From a virus (lineage: Duplodnaviria; Heunggongvirae; Uroviricota; Caudoviricetes): 64,000 nt of DNA. Below are positions 38,501 through 46,743 of this stretch, in pieces; the stretch's first letter is position 1; each line of letters begins with the position of its first letter. Location of the stretch: IMG/VR virus record IMGVR_UViG_2541047860_000002; one strand, 5' to 3'. A model generated the notes under the pieces. It made no database searches, had not been told where the DNA came from, and saw nothing but the letters and a program-made list of their open reading frames with translations. A program made the position numbers and the translations under genes.

Positions 38501-41500
38501 TTACCACCAGCTACTTTTGGCAAGGCATCAGCAATAGCTTTTACCTGGTCTGCAAGCTCAACGGGGAACTGGAATGTAATCGCACTGGCATACAGATCCG
38601 GGTCTATAGCAACCTTGTCCATGTCACGGATGATGGAGAAGATGAAATCATCCGGTTTGTCGTTAGTGATATGCCCGTTTTCATCGACTGTCAGCTCATC
38701 ATTGCGACTTAACTCCTGAGCACGCTTACGAAGTTCTTCATAAGCAGACTCCTGCTCCCCTGTCATCGGGATCTGCAAGGTGTTCTCGATGATGTCGGGA
38801 ATTTTAACCGTCGCTCCGACATCTGCGGCAGTCTTCAGAGTGGTCCAACGATGGAAAATACCACGCAGGCCATCAAGGTTCTGGAAGCCCACCAGCCCCT
38901 GCTTCTCTTCCACTTCCCCGGAAATTTTCTGGACCTGAACTGTGGCTGTTTTGCCAAACACACGAACGAAATCATCAGGCGTAATGATGCCCATGCGCAT
39001 CCACTCTTCCTGCGGAATGACAGTAGACAGCATGTTGAAGGCATCAATCGGACTGTTCACCAGCGGAGTTGCCGTCAGCATGACTACACCACGTCCGTTG
39101 TTGCGTTTCATCATGTACGCAGCTTTTACAGCCATGTCGCGGGCCATCTTGGATACTGCCGGGTTAGGCAAATATGCCAGTTGTCCCGCTTCACGCCCGG
39201 CATTAAAGGAGTTGCGGTAGTTATGCCCCTCGTCGGCAATCACGCTATCGAAGTTCATATCCTCAAAGTACGGGATATTCTGCTTCTTCGTTGTACCGGT
39301 ATTCGCGGCCTGATCCTTAATCTTGTTCTTCTTCTGTGCATCACGGTGTTTGCCAGACGCCAGGTCAAGACGCCCCATTTCCACAGCATTAAAGACAGCT
39401 TGCTGTGAGTTCTCCTCGATGGTTTTTTCTCGTAGCGGGATAGACGCGAATTGTTCTTTTGTCATGATGACCGTTCGCCAATTTGACGACGGGATCATGT
39501 TCATGCGCTGAACGATAACGGCGCTGGCGGACTCTTTCACAACATTTCTGGTAAGAGGCTGCCCGTTACTGTCGAGGCGTGGTTCGCCATTTTCATCAAG
39601 CACCGGCGCGGTCAGAATATTTCCGCTGTCATCACGAACTTCATCCAAACCGATAAACATCATATTGGCGAAGGCATCAGCACTGTAGAAACTCTGTGCC
39701 TCGTGATACCAGTTCTGATAAACCGCCTTCGGAACAACAATACACGTGCGTTTAGTGCGACCTGTTTCGAAGTTATACGCCTCAAGCGCAAGCGCGGTCG
39801 TGGTTTTACCCAGCCCGGTACCAAATCCCATGATGCCGCGCCCATCTTCTGACAAGCGACGAACTTCTTCATTTTGATAAGTCAGAGGAATGCGCTTTCC
39901 ACTAATCCCTTCCAGGCCAAGCGGTGCGTTAGAGTGCGTGAACGGAATGAAGCCATTGAATGCGTCGTTATAGTCACGGGCTATCTGATCCGCCTGCGGG
40001 TGGGTGCGTAACCAGTCGTTAAAGCTAACTTCCAGTTGAGCAATTTTATCCAGGTACTCGTTAGCGTTCTGCCCACGCGGTTTAACACCGTTCAGGTAGT
40101 TTTCTAACTGGTTCAGGAAGCCGTCTTTATTGTTGGCCTTCTTGAACTCATTCCCGTTTTTGCCGTTTACGGTTCGTAGCTGATAGCCGGTAAATACCCC
40201 GTCCTTACCTTCGTAATCGTCCGGAGATACCAGAATGCCATCGACGACCTTCAGATCAGGTTCAGTGTACTTAAACTCGTCATAGCCCTGCTCTGCCAGG
40301 AACTCTTTTATCAAGCGGCGATCCAGCCAGCGGGCATTCAGATTAACGGTGACTTTATTTAGTGGCGTGAAAATGCGTTTCTCTTCGATTTTCGCCAACT
40401 GACGCTCAAAGTTCGCTTTCTGCTCACCTGTTGACGCATCACGCCAGCCCACCAGCAATGCTGTTTTGGTTGCAATATCGCCGCTGGTGGCGCGGTCCAT
40501 CGGCAGCAGGCAGCCATACCCATCAATAGCGATATCATCAAATTTCGCTAGGTATTCAAGGGCCGCGTCGTCGTCCTCTGGCAATTCACCAGCAAACGCC
40601 TCACGAAAGTCGCCCAGCGTTATAGGATTAAGGGCTACATCACTGAAAAGATGTGCTATCACTTGTTCAGGACGTGTAAAGTCAATACCGGCAGCACCAT
40701 CCGTTACATCAAGTCGCCCTGCCAGAAGGTCAGAAGTGGAACCATCCTGTTTCACATTGCCAGTGAACGTCATCCAGTTTTTAGCGCCAGCTTCAGCAAG
40801 CCCATTCAGCTTAATCGCGTGCGGTGGTCCATACTTCGCAACTTCTGCTGCCGCCAGGCGGGATGCATCTGCCAGTTTGTCATCAACGTTCACCCCCAGG
40901 TTACGCAAATCAAGTGCCTTGTTGATCAACTGCCCTATCAGCGCACCGCGCATAACGCGCTCTCTGTCTTTTTCTCGCTGCTTGCCAGCAAAGCGAATCA
41001 TTGCTGCCACTTCATCACTGACAACCGATGGATAGTCGGACGCGATCGCCGATATCTGGTCCCATGACAAAGCCAGAATCCCGTTTGTTGACTGGAACGC
41101 GATCTGCAGATCGCCAAACGTCGAAACACCATATCGACTTACATCAAGCGCGGAGGATTTGGTTGTCGTGTCCTTAACCCATTTCAGGCCATCAAACTCA
41201 TGCCAGATACCGCCTACAAGGCGTTTATCGCCCACTTTCGCGCCCTGCCATGCCTGAGTAGTTACGCCGAGCAAATCCCAATTGATGCGACTATCAAAGC
41301 GACGAGATAGCGCGGTTTTCATCGACTCATTGGATACACGGCCGTCTTTTTTCACCACTAGGGTATTGCGGAAGCTGGTACGTTCCATGTCGCCGTAAAC
41401 AAACCGCTTCCCTTCGGTTGTAAACCATTTTCCTTTGAGGAAGGTATCCCAAAGGACGTTTGCCGATTTGAGCGTGGCATCATCCGTGTCGGGGATCATC

Positions 41501-42357
41501 TCCAGGAAGGTTTCCGGGTGTTTACGCAATACCCATACGTCCACCACGGTATCTGTACCGGATTCGCTGAACGTACCAGAAGGCATACGATGTGCGGCCA
41601 AAAATTCCGCTTTACGGCTGACTTTATCGCGCAATTTTTTGTATTTCGTACCATCGGTCATGCCATTCGGCACCACCAATACGATAAGCCCACCAGGCTT
41701 AACCTTGTCGATCGTGCGCAACACAAAATAATTGCCAACGTTCTTCTCGTTTGCATATGCCGGATCAAGCCCGGCAACGCCGGAACGCCCTTCACCAAAC
41801 GGTACGTTACCAACAGCGTGGTCATACATTGCATCTTTCGCCGCCAGCGCCTCAAACGCCCCGATATTCACATCGTCTTCCGGGTGCAAAAGCTGGTTTA
41901 TTCGACCAGAAATCGGAGACAGTTCGGCGCTGGTCATTATCATGCCCTGCCGTTTTGTCTCCTGGAAAATACCTGTGCCCGCTGATGGTTCCAGTACGTG
42001 CCCGCCATCAATACCGTAGTCAGCAAACAGATCCCATATACCTTCAGCCATAAACTGTGGCGTGTAGTATTCGTATTGGCTGCCCTCACCATCTGTCAGG
42101 CCGCCTTCACCGGTATACCCGGCAAGAATCTGACGTTGTTCGTCAGTTAATTTCGCCCCATCGAAGCCGGGCGGAAGGGAATTAAGAAGATTTACTGCGG
42201 CGTTGTTTGCTGCACGGCGTGTTTTCTGAATACTGACGCCATCGGCTTTCCTGACGCCAAAGGTCGCAACAGCACGTAATTTATGCAACCGACTAACAAT
42301 TTCAATCAGTTCGCCTAAGCTGGAGGCTTCACTGATTGAATGAAGTAATTTGTCCAA
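35521..42357 (-). CDS. darB: DarB-like giant N6-adenine methyltransferase + SF2 helicase (capsid-packaged antirestriction protein)
   Basis: 2278 aa; MTase motifs (EPSAGTG, GNVPFG); helicase motifs GFGTGLGKTT, DEGHNYRN, LTATPLVNS, QRNGRGARVGS. Confidence 0.85.
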   Translation of the reverse strand: MDKLLHSISEASSLGELIEIVSRLHKLRAVATFGVRKADGVSIQKTRRAANNAAVNLLNSLPPGFDGAKLTDEQRQILAGYTGEGGLTDGEGSQYEYYTPQFMAEGIWDLFADYGIDGGHVLEPSAGTGIFQETKRQGMIMTSAELSPISGRINQLLHPEDDVNIGAFEALAAKDAMYDHAVGNVPFGEGRSGVAGLDPAYANEKNVGNYFVLRTIDKVKPGGLIVLVVPNGMTDGTKYKKLRDKVSRKAEFLAAHRMPSGTFSESGTDTVVDVWVLRKHPETFLEMIPDTDDATLKSANVLWDTFLKGKWFTTEGKRFVYGDMERTSFRNTLVVKKDGRVSNESMKTALSRRFDSRINWDLLGVTTQAWQGAKVGDKRLVGGIWHEFDGLKWVKDTTTKSSALDVSRYGVSTFGDLQIAFQSTNGILALSWDQISAIASDYPSVVSDEVAAMIRFAGKQREKDRERVMRGALIGQLINKALDLRNLGVNVDDKLADASRLAAAEVAKYGPPHAIKLNGLAEAGAKNWMTFTGNVKQDGSTSDLLAGRLDVTDGAAGIDFTRPEQVIAHLFSDVALNPITLGDFREAFAGELPEDDDAALEYLAKFDDIAIDGYGCLLPMDRATSGDIATKTALLVGWRDASTGEQKANFERQLAKIEEKRIFTPLNKVTVNLNARWLDRRLIKEFLAEQGYDEFKYTEPDLKVVDGILVSPDDYEGKDGVFTGYQLRTVNGKNGNEFKKANNKDGFLNQLENYLNGVKPRGQNANEYLDKIAQLEVSFNDWLRTHPQADQIARDYNDAFNGFIPFTHSNAPLGLEGISGKRIPLTYQNEEVRRLSEDGRGIMGFGTGLGKTTTALALEAYNFETGRTKRTCIVVPKAVYQNWYHEAQSFYSADAFANMMFIGLDEVRDDSGNILTAPVLDENGEPRLDSNGQPLTRNVVKESASAVIVQRMNMIPSSNWRTVIMTKEQFASIPLREKTIEENSQQAVFNAVEMGRLDLASGKHRDAQKKNKIKDQAANTGTTKKQNIPYFEDMNFDSVIADEGHNYRNSFNAGREAGQLAYLPNPAVSKMARDMAVKAAYMMKRNNGRGVVMLTATPLVNSPIDAFNMLSTVIPQEEWMRMGIITPDDFVRVFGKTATVQVQKISGEVEEKQGLVGFQNLDGLRGIFHRWTTLKTAADVGATVKIPDIIENTLQIPMTGEQESAYEELRKRAQELSRNDELTVDENGHITNDKPDDFIFSIIRDMDKVAIDPDLYASAITFQFPVELADQVKAIADALPKVAGGKVADDVDEAEEDGAGGLVSTRTSKVVKTAFSEHPTHVEIRASIELEAEILKAIAAAGIDMQQVSHPIPPKYAALIENLREGLKNGKQIVFIDEKAQHQKLRRIIASALQMPEQEIGIINATTVSQAGGIKLKKVNKPTEPTPNKNGEYKEGAWETYYSKLAQYEDYLSAKNDAGLEGMEGIAADYNEGRTRIIICNKKAEVGINLHIGTTDIHHLTLPWTPASIDQRNGRGARVGSPQEKVNVHYYCGKGTFDDFRLDTLKRKKDWIKMVMTSDMSEIANGDVDDADERAIMLAANPEERRAIMARQAQEREERLKLKAQREANNALDIYLKAANAAGKDIGMMETELKSAMEQIEYYQRNLDDLIKAGTNRNGQKYALEQLSSYRKRARVLRFAITRAKDADTIMKRSRGDVERAIKSGVLDISIDVIQNPQEYMRTDKNILLHKGSYYRAVIDDRETTAIVRVEKIDGEKAQYICRIAWLDRASRYARSPGSIVTLPFDSVIEAVTFEEGVAESRATAARGVQCHQLSTILTRDQFYDAIRNGVMNVIAGKPGNAWGGGSAIKYWAYRTDDGQIALSSTYDGVIGQKIGRASDIAPERWIYPDGNDEALKREVAKIQASDNPLNIVDGEGFLQALYGYDYIQGMQAWGAQATMDDVAKEFENWMAGRGLSGRSLNKVTSEDILSLFRKPSGEGLESFWRTVLAYRLFQGRMKAFSNIDDIERMFNQVKIAKIKAKIEKTRSALVAWRDALFEQYKSLSDADGWAALEQLANNGVDGAKLAIVQADNPLESPAAQWIKVGAVINAFDEKHISKDDFADAVSVNRLVEMATRRARELKDGDYVNELPDTLKSATWQDYVSLKNGGATESEIAERLEQAESKREEQAAVAEARADEAANDDYIIVVNDKPIRAKARVRGRWWSVSEDVGAVYLIADQPGSSTIRNAKDAIKKIGGRFWNFEVNPVADVDFDRPAWMVSTRYSVDELRKIIADAA

Positions 42358-42507
42358 AGGATTTCCCCCTCTAAACCGTAAAAATTCCGCTATGCGGTAC
42401 GGTTGAGAGGGTATGGAGAATGTTATTTTCAGGGGGACGATACTACCGTCAAAATCACATACTCCCCATAGTTTGCCTACTTATTAACCCATGACCGGGA
42501 GAAAAAT

Positions 42508-42993
42508 ATGGCAAACATTGAACCTCGCTGGCTAATTGAAGCCCGTAAGCACATTGGCCTGACTGAAATAAAAGGCGCTAAACACAACCCTGAAATCGTT
42601 CAGTTCTGGCGCGACATCAAGCGCGGCGGAATTAAAGACGATGAAACGCCGTGGTGCGCAGCATTTGTCGGTGCAATGCTGGAACGTGTAGGCATCCGCT
42701 CAACAAGATTTGAGTCGGCAAAATCCTATCTGGATTGGGGCGAGAAATTAGATACACCGGCATACGGATGTATCGTTGTATTTACCCGCGTAGGCGGTGG
42801 GCACGTAGGCTTCGTTGTCGGACGCCGCGCCAATGGCGATCTGCTTGTCTTGGGTGGGAACCAGGGGGATGCGGTTAATATTCGCGCATTCCCAACATCA
42901 AGAGTGTCAGGCTATCGCTGGCCTGCTGGCGAACCACGCAATACCGCTCTGTTACCAGTCGGAGACGCAGCAACCTCAACTAATGAGGCATGA
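42508..42993 (+). CDS. CHAP/NlpC-P60-like peptidoglycan hydrolase (phage TIGR02594-like)
   Basis: Catalytic Cys (PWCAAFVG) and His (GGGHVGFVV) context. Confidence 0.55.
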   Translation: MANIEPRWLIEARKHIGLTEIKGAKHNPEIVQFWRDIKRGGIKDDETPWCAAFVGAMLERVGIRSTRFESAKSYLDWGEKLDTPAYGCIVVFTRVGGGHVGFVVGRRANGDLLVLGGNQGDAVNIRAFPTSRVSGYRWPAGEPRNTALLPVGDAATSTNEA

Positions 42994-43025
42994 AAAAAGC
43001 CCCGGCCAGGCCGGGGCATCACGCT

Positions 43026-43226
43026 TCAAGTCACGATCCAATCATTACCGACAATATCAGCCGTCGATAAATCAACTTCCCGGATCTGGAGTCCATTAAT
43101 ACAAAACCATCCGGTAGTAGAGTAATTATCAGGCCAGGCCCATACACCAACACTCCATGCTTTACGGCGGCACACTTCAGCCTGTCCTTCCCTGATTTTT
43201 TTTACCGCCTGCATGATGTCCATCAC
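43026..43226 (-). CDS. Stand-alone DUF2829-like small protein
   Basis: 66 aa; ...VCRRKAWSVGVWAWP...DLSTADIVGNDWIVT; corresponds to the fused C-terminus of ORF 5644-6585. Confidence 0.45.
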   Translation of the reverse strand: MMDIMQAVKKIREGQAEVCRRKAWSVGVWAWPDNYSTTGWFCINGLQIREVDLSTADIVGNDWIVT

Positions 43227-43930
43227 TCACCTCCCCAACCGATCACCTGGAATTGCCCCATTTTTGGGTGATACCAACGTTTTCCTCGGTGTTCAGCCTC
43301 CGACATCATCCGGTTAAAAGCATTCATGAAGGGAGATAAGGCGACGATGGAACGACGCGACAATACCCCCTCTGGAGTTAAAAACTCATGTGTATCTGTG
43401 GGAATCCGGTAAGCGTTGACAAGGTTGCGGCATTTGGCTTCGGTCAGGCCGCATTTCGCCGCCAGCTGGCGGTAGCCAATGTAACCTTCCGGCATGTTGC
43501 CCTTCTTGATTTGCTCGACGGTTTCTACCACCTGGCTAACCTTTGACTCAACAACATGAAGCCGCTTTTGCTGCTGAACTGCATTTGCAGCCATTGCGGC
43601 GATCATCTCTATTTCGGTCAACGGCTGGCGTACTTGTTCTTCCAGTTCGCGCCAGCGGTCCACCAGCCGGGCGGTGAATTCCGGAGAGAGCTGCGCAACG
43701 ACAATGATACTGTCACGCTTGCCTTGTTCGCCTTCGAAGACGTAGTGTGAATTTTTAACTTTAAATCCTAAGTTATTGATATTTTCGGAAACCTCCATTG
43801 GAGGAAGTGGAATAACACCTGATTTACTCAAGCGTTCAATAGTGCGTTTAACGTTATCCGGGCGACTTCCCACCAGCTCCGCGATCTCAATGCTGGTCAT
43901 TGATGGCTTTTCAAGAATGCAGATTTCCAT
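43223..43930 (-). CDS. Rha-family phage regulatory protein (antirepressor-like), copy 2
   Basis: Paralog of 5644-6585 over ~230 aa. Confidence 0.7.
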   Translation of the reverse strand: MEICILEKPSMTSIEIAELVGSRPDNVKRTIERLSKSGVIPLPPMEVSENINNLGFKVKNSHYVFEGEQGKRDSIIVVAQLSPEFTARLVDRWRELEEQVRQPLTEIEMIAAMAANAVQQQKRLHVVESKVSQVVETVEQIKKGNMPEGYIGYRQLAAKCGLTEAKCRNLVNAYRIPTDTHEFLTPEGVLSRRSIVALSPFMNAFNRMMSEAEHRGKRWYHPKMGQFQVIGWGGE

Positions 43931-44154
43931 CAGTGTGCCTCCGCAATTCCGGGATTGGTAATATTGCGATACCAGGGATTAGTGTTTGGTTGTGGGGAAG
44001 TAGAGAAACGACCAGTAAGAACACCATACTGATCAGGGATCAGAGAACGGGCTTCTTTTTCGGTTGCGGCAATTGCGAAGTGATCGCAGTGTTTTTGCAG
44101 GGAGTGGAAACGCCAGATGAATTCTGGACGTGAGCAAGGATTGGCATTAACCAT
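43930..44154 (-). CDS. Small protein preceding Rha copy 2 (paralog of 6585-6800)
   Basis: 74-aa ORF; EFIWRFHSLQKH core. Confidence 0.45.
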   Translation of the reverse strand: MVNANPCSRPEFIWRFHSLQKHCDHFAIAATEKEARSLIPDQYGVLTGRFSTSPQPNTNPWYRNITNPGIAEAH

Positions 44155-44485
44155 AGTTACGGCCTCACTAACAGGTTTAACAACCTGCTACCCGCTGTCA
44201 AACAGGTGGCAGGACGTGACAGGGTTGACAGACTGGCGTTAGTGAAACCAGCAGGCCGAAGCCTCCCCATCACGCCCCACCATAATTCGGGCGTAACGCG
44301 GTTTACGGACACAAAAATACCGCAATATCGGAAATCTGCGGTTGTCCGCACTAACATTCAGGCTGTCAAACCTGGTCGCAGAATTTGCTACGACGGCATG
44401 AATATAAGCCTGAAAACATGGAAGATCAACTAAAAAATTTCAGCAATGGATGACTTCAGTCGATGATGCAGATCATACATTCCGA

Positions 44486-44520
44486 TTTAGAAACAGCAAA
44501 TTAATTTTCTAACACAAATC
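44486..44520. promoter_or_regulatory. Operator pair TTTAGAAA-N11-TTTTCTAACACA (copy i) upstream of Rha module 2
   Basis: Inverted TTAGAAA/TTTCTAA halves between the repL-like gene and the Rha module. Confidence 0.45.
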
Positions 44521-44568
44521 ATCGAGCGAGCATTTTCCGATCATTGGGATGCTTTGTAGACACACAGG

Positions 44569-45531
44569 TCATCCCCTAAATCCCGCAGGGATTGACCAAT
44601 CCTCCCGGTCAAATTCAGACCGATAGCCACGTTGTTTCATCAGGTCAAAGGCTTCACCAATGGTTACACACCCCTGGGAGCCAGAATAATCCATTGAGAA
44701 ATCCAGGGCACTGGATTGTTTAGGCTTATTCACTGCGGTAGCGGCACTACGTATCCATGCAAATTTTTTTGCCAGCTTTTCAGCGGTACGATACAGAGCC
44801 TGCCGTTTTGCGTGCCCCTCGTCTGAACGACGCTTTGCAGCTCTCGCTTTTGCCGCCGCCAGGCAGTGGTTGGTATGTTCTTCCCTGATTACTGTTTTTT
44901 TATCCAGTCCCCCATTATCCGCTTGAGTACTATCTGCTGGTGAAGCCTTTGGCTGAACCGCGCATGATCTTTCTCTTCTTTTGGCTATAGAGTGACTCTT
45001 ATTTTCTATTGGCTGTTCATTTTGAACATGGGGGGACTTGTTCAATTTGAACAGGGGGTTCCCAGTTTCAAAAAAATAACGTACCTTTGAAATCAATTGC
45101 TTAACCAGCTTTGTGGCGTTGGCAAATTTGATGCCCTGCTTACCCCCTATCTCCATTGCTACATGAATGAAGTGGAGAAATTGTGTCGTAAACCGATATA
45201 CGTTACACACCTGGGCATTGTTATTCGCTACCTGATGTTGCTTAACAAGCATTCCGCACTTCGTCGCTTCAGCAAATGCCCGGCGCACAGTAGAAATGCT
45301 GCGTCCTGTAATCTCGGACATATCAGCATATGAGCGACGGATCATGTATTCATCGGTAGACCCTGCCAGGTTGGCGAACTCGGCAATAATGGCGCTATGT
45401 GAAGGGGAAAGAAGACCGCTATGACGAGCAAAAAAACTCAACTGATGACCTTTGATTTTTTTGTGGTATTCAGTGTTGTTTTTATACTCAGAAGTGTTGA
45501 AAGTTACTGAAACTGAATTTAAAATACTCAC
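44569..45531 (-). CDS. HTH DNA-binding protein, RepL-like replication initiator or repressor candidate
   Basis: N-terminal helix-turn-helix-like ...SEITGRSISTVRRAFAEATKCGMLV; operator copy j upstream. Confidence 0.35.
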   Translation of the reverse strand: MSILNSVSVTFNTSEYKNNTEYHKKIKGHQLSFFARHSGLLSPSHSAIIAEFANLAGSTDEYMIRRSYADMSEITGRSISTVRRAFAEATKCGMLVKQHQVANNNAQVCNVYRFTTQFLHFIHVAMEIGGKQGIKFANATKLVKQLISKVRYFFETGNPLFKLNKSPHVQNEQPIENKSHSIAKRRERSCAVQPKASPADSTQADNGGLDKKTVIREEHTNHCLAAAKARAAKRRSDEGHAKRQALYRTAEKLAKKFAWIRSAATAVNKPKQSSALDFSMDYSGSQGCVTIGEAFDLMKQRGYRSEFDREDWSIPAGFRG

Positions 45532-45593
45532 CAGATAGTTCCGTGAAAAAATCTATCTACCGTATAAATCTATGGCAGTGGATTTATACACCC

Positions 45594-45626
45594 AAAAAGC
45601 CGCTTCTCAGCGGCTTTTGCTTTTTT
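45594..45626. terminator. Bidirectional rho-independent terminator (GCCGCT-tctc-AGCGGC flanked by A5 and T-rich runs)
   Basis: Direct reading. Confidence 0.55.
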
Positions 45627-45704
45627 GGCAGTCGCTACCGGAGCAGTGACCGCGATCCTACTCGATCCCATCCACCAGGATCAACAGTGTATATAAATAC
45701 ACTA

Positions 45705-45724
45705 TGTTAGAAATTTAACTTAAC
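45705..45724 (+). promoter_or_regulatory. Operator-like motif TGTTAGAAATTTAACTTAAC (copy j)
   Basis: Between head genes and the repL-like gene. Confidence 0.45.
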
Positions 45725-45731
45725 AAGGCGG

Positions 45732-46730
45732 TTACCCCCTTCTAGAAACGAAGAGTAACGGGGTGGTGTTTTTGTTCTCCTTCGGTGATAACTCTGGTTC
45801 TTTCTTGCCTGATACCGGTAAGCCATAAGTAGCATTTGCCCCAAGAGATTCAAGCATCGCAGCCACTATGCGGGCATCATCTTCAGACTGCATACGGCAG
45901 AGCGCCCGGCGCTGTTCTGCGCTGATAAAAACAGGCATTTCCTGGATAGCGTCACGCAAAATCCGGCGGCATTGCTTTGCATTTTCCCCCTGGCTTTCCA
46001 TCATCGCTGTTTGAGCGCGCAGCTTATCTCGAAGCTGTATGTTTTCCACTTCAAGGAGCATCAATTCTGATTCCAGGGCTTCACGATGTGCAGATTCGAG
46101 CATGGCTTGCTGATTTTTCATTGCTGAAAAGTGGTGAACCAGATCCGTAGCAGCGTTATCGGTAAAACCTTGTTCGATAAGTGCTGCATGAATAGCCGCA
46201 TCGCGCTCTTCTGCTGATTCAAGCATCAGGCTTTTCTTGTCGAGGCTGATATAGTTAGGCACAGTTACGTAATCAAAGCCGTGGAAAGACTTTACCAGGG
46301 ATACCGATGAATCTGGACCAGATGTAGCCCACGACCAACCACCAGCACCAGAATTAATCATGCCCTGAACAATACGCCCGGTGTCTGTATCCAGTATTTC
46401 CTGCGTATGCGTAACAATGCCGTTGTCGTCAATCGAAATGTCGATAGTCCTGTTTGACGGCACGTTCTCCAATACAACAGGCTTCCCATCTACCATCACA
46501 ACAGAGACTTCCGGCAAGTTCAGGCTTTTCGTTTTGTTATAGTGCATCGCCCGGCGACCATGACCGTAATAACCATACATCTCACCCAGCGCGATACGCT
46601 CTTTTGTTTCTGGCGAGTTGAATGTGTCTCGTACCGACTGAATGACATAATTTCGGTTGTTCTGCGGTGTGTGTTTGCGGATTTTCTCCACCAGGGAGAA
46701 GCGATCCGTAACAGTATTCAGTGATTGCAT
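45732..46730 (-). CDS. Putative head morphogenesis protein (prohead protease/scaffold position)
   Basis: 332-aa ORF immediately downstream of the putative portal gene; assignment by context only. Confidence 0.35.
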   Translation of the reverse strand: MQSLNTVTDRFSLVEKIRKHTPQNNRNYVIQSVRDTFNSPETKERIALGEMYGYYGHGRRAMHYNKTKSLNLPEVSVVMVDGKPVVLENVPSNRTIDISIDDNGIVTHTQEILDTDTGRIVQGMINSGAGGWSWATSGPDSSVSLVKSFHGFDYVTVPNYISLDKKSLMLESAEERDAAIHAALIEQGFTDNAATDLVHHFSAMKNQQAMLESAHREALESELMLLEVENIQLRDKLRAQTAMMESQGENAKQCRRILRDAIQEMPVFISAEQRRALCRMQSEDDARIVAAMLESLGANATYGLPVSGKKEPELSPKENKNTTPLLFVSRRG

Positions 46731-46743
46731 TATTTCCCTCCGG

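Noticed and set aside
35619-42053. Numerous 60-230 aa ORFs on both strands inside the darB coding region
   Set aside because: All lie within the single 2278-aa ORF that carries coherent MTase and helicase motifs; they are shadow or alternative-frame ORFs.
7602-45724. P1 C1 operator consensus (ATTGCTCTAATAAATTT) at promoters
   Set aside because: Not found by eye; the repeated motif here is a different sequence, so P1 C1 operators as such are not claimed.
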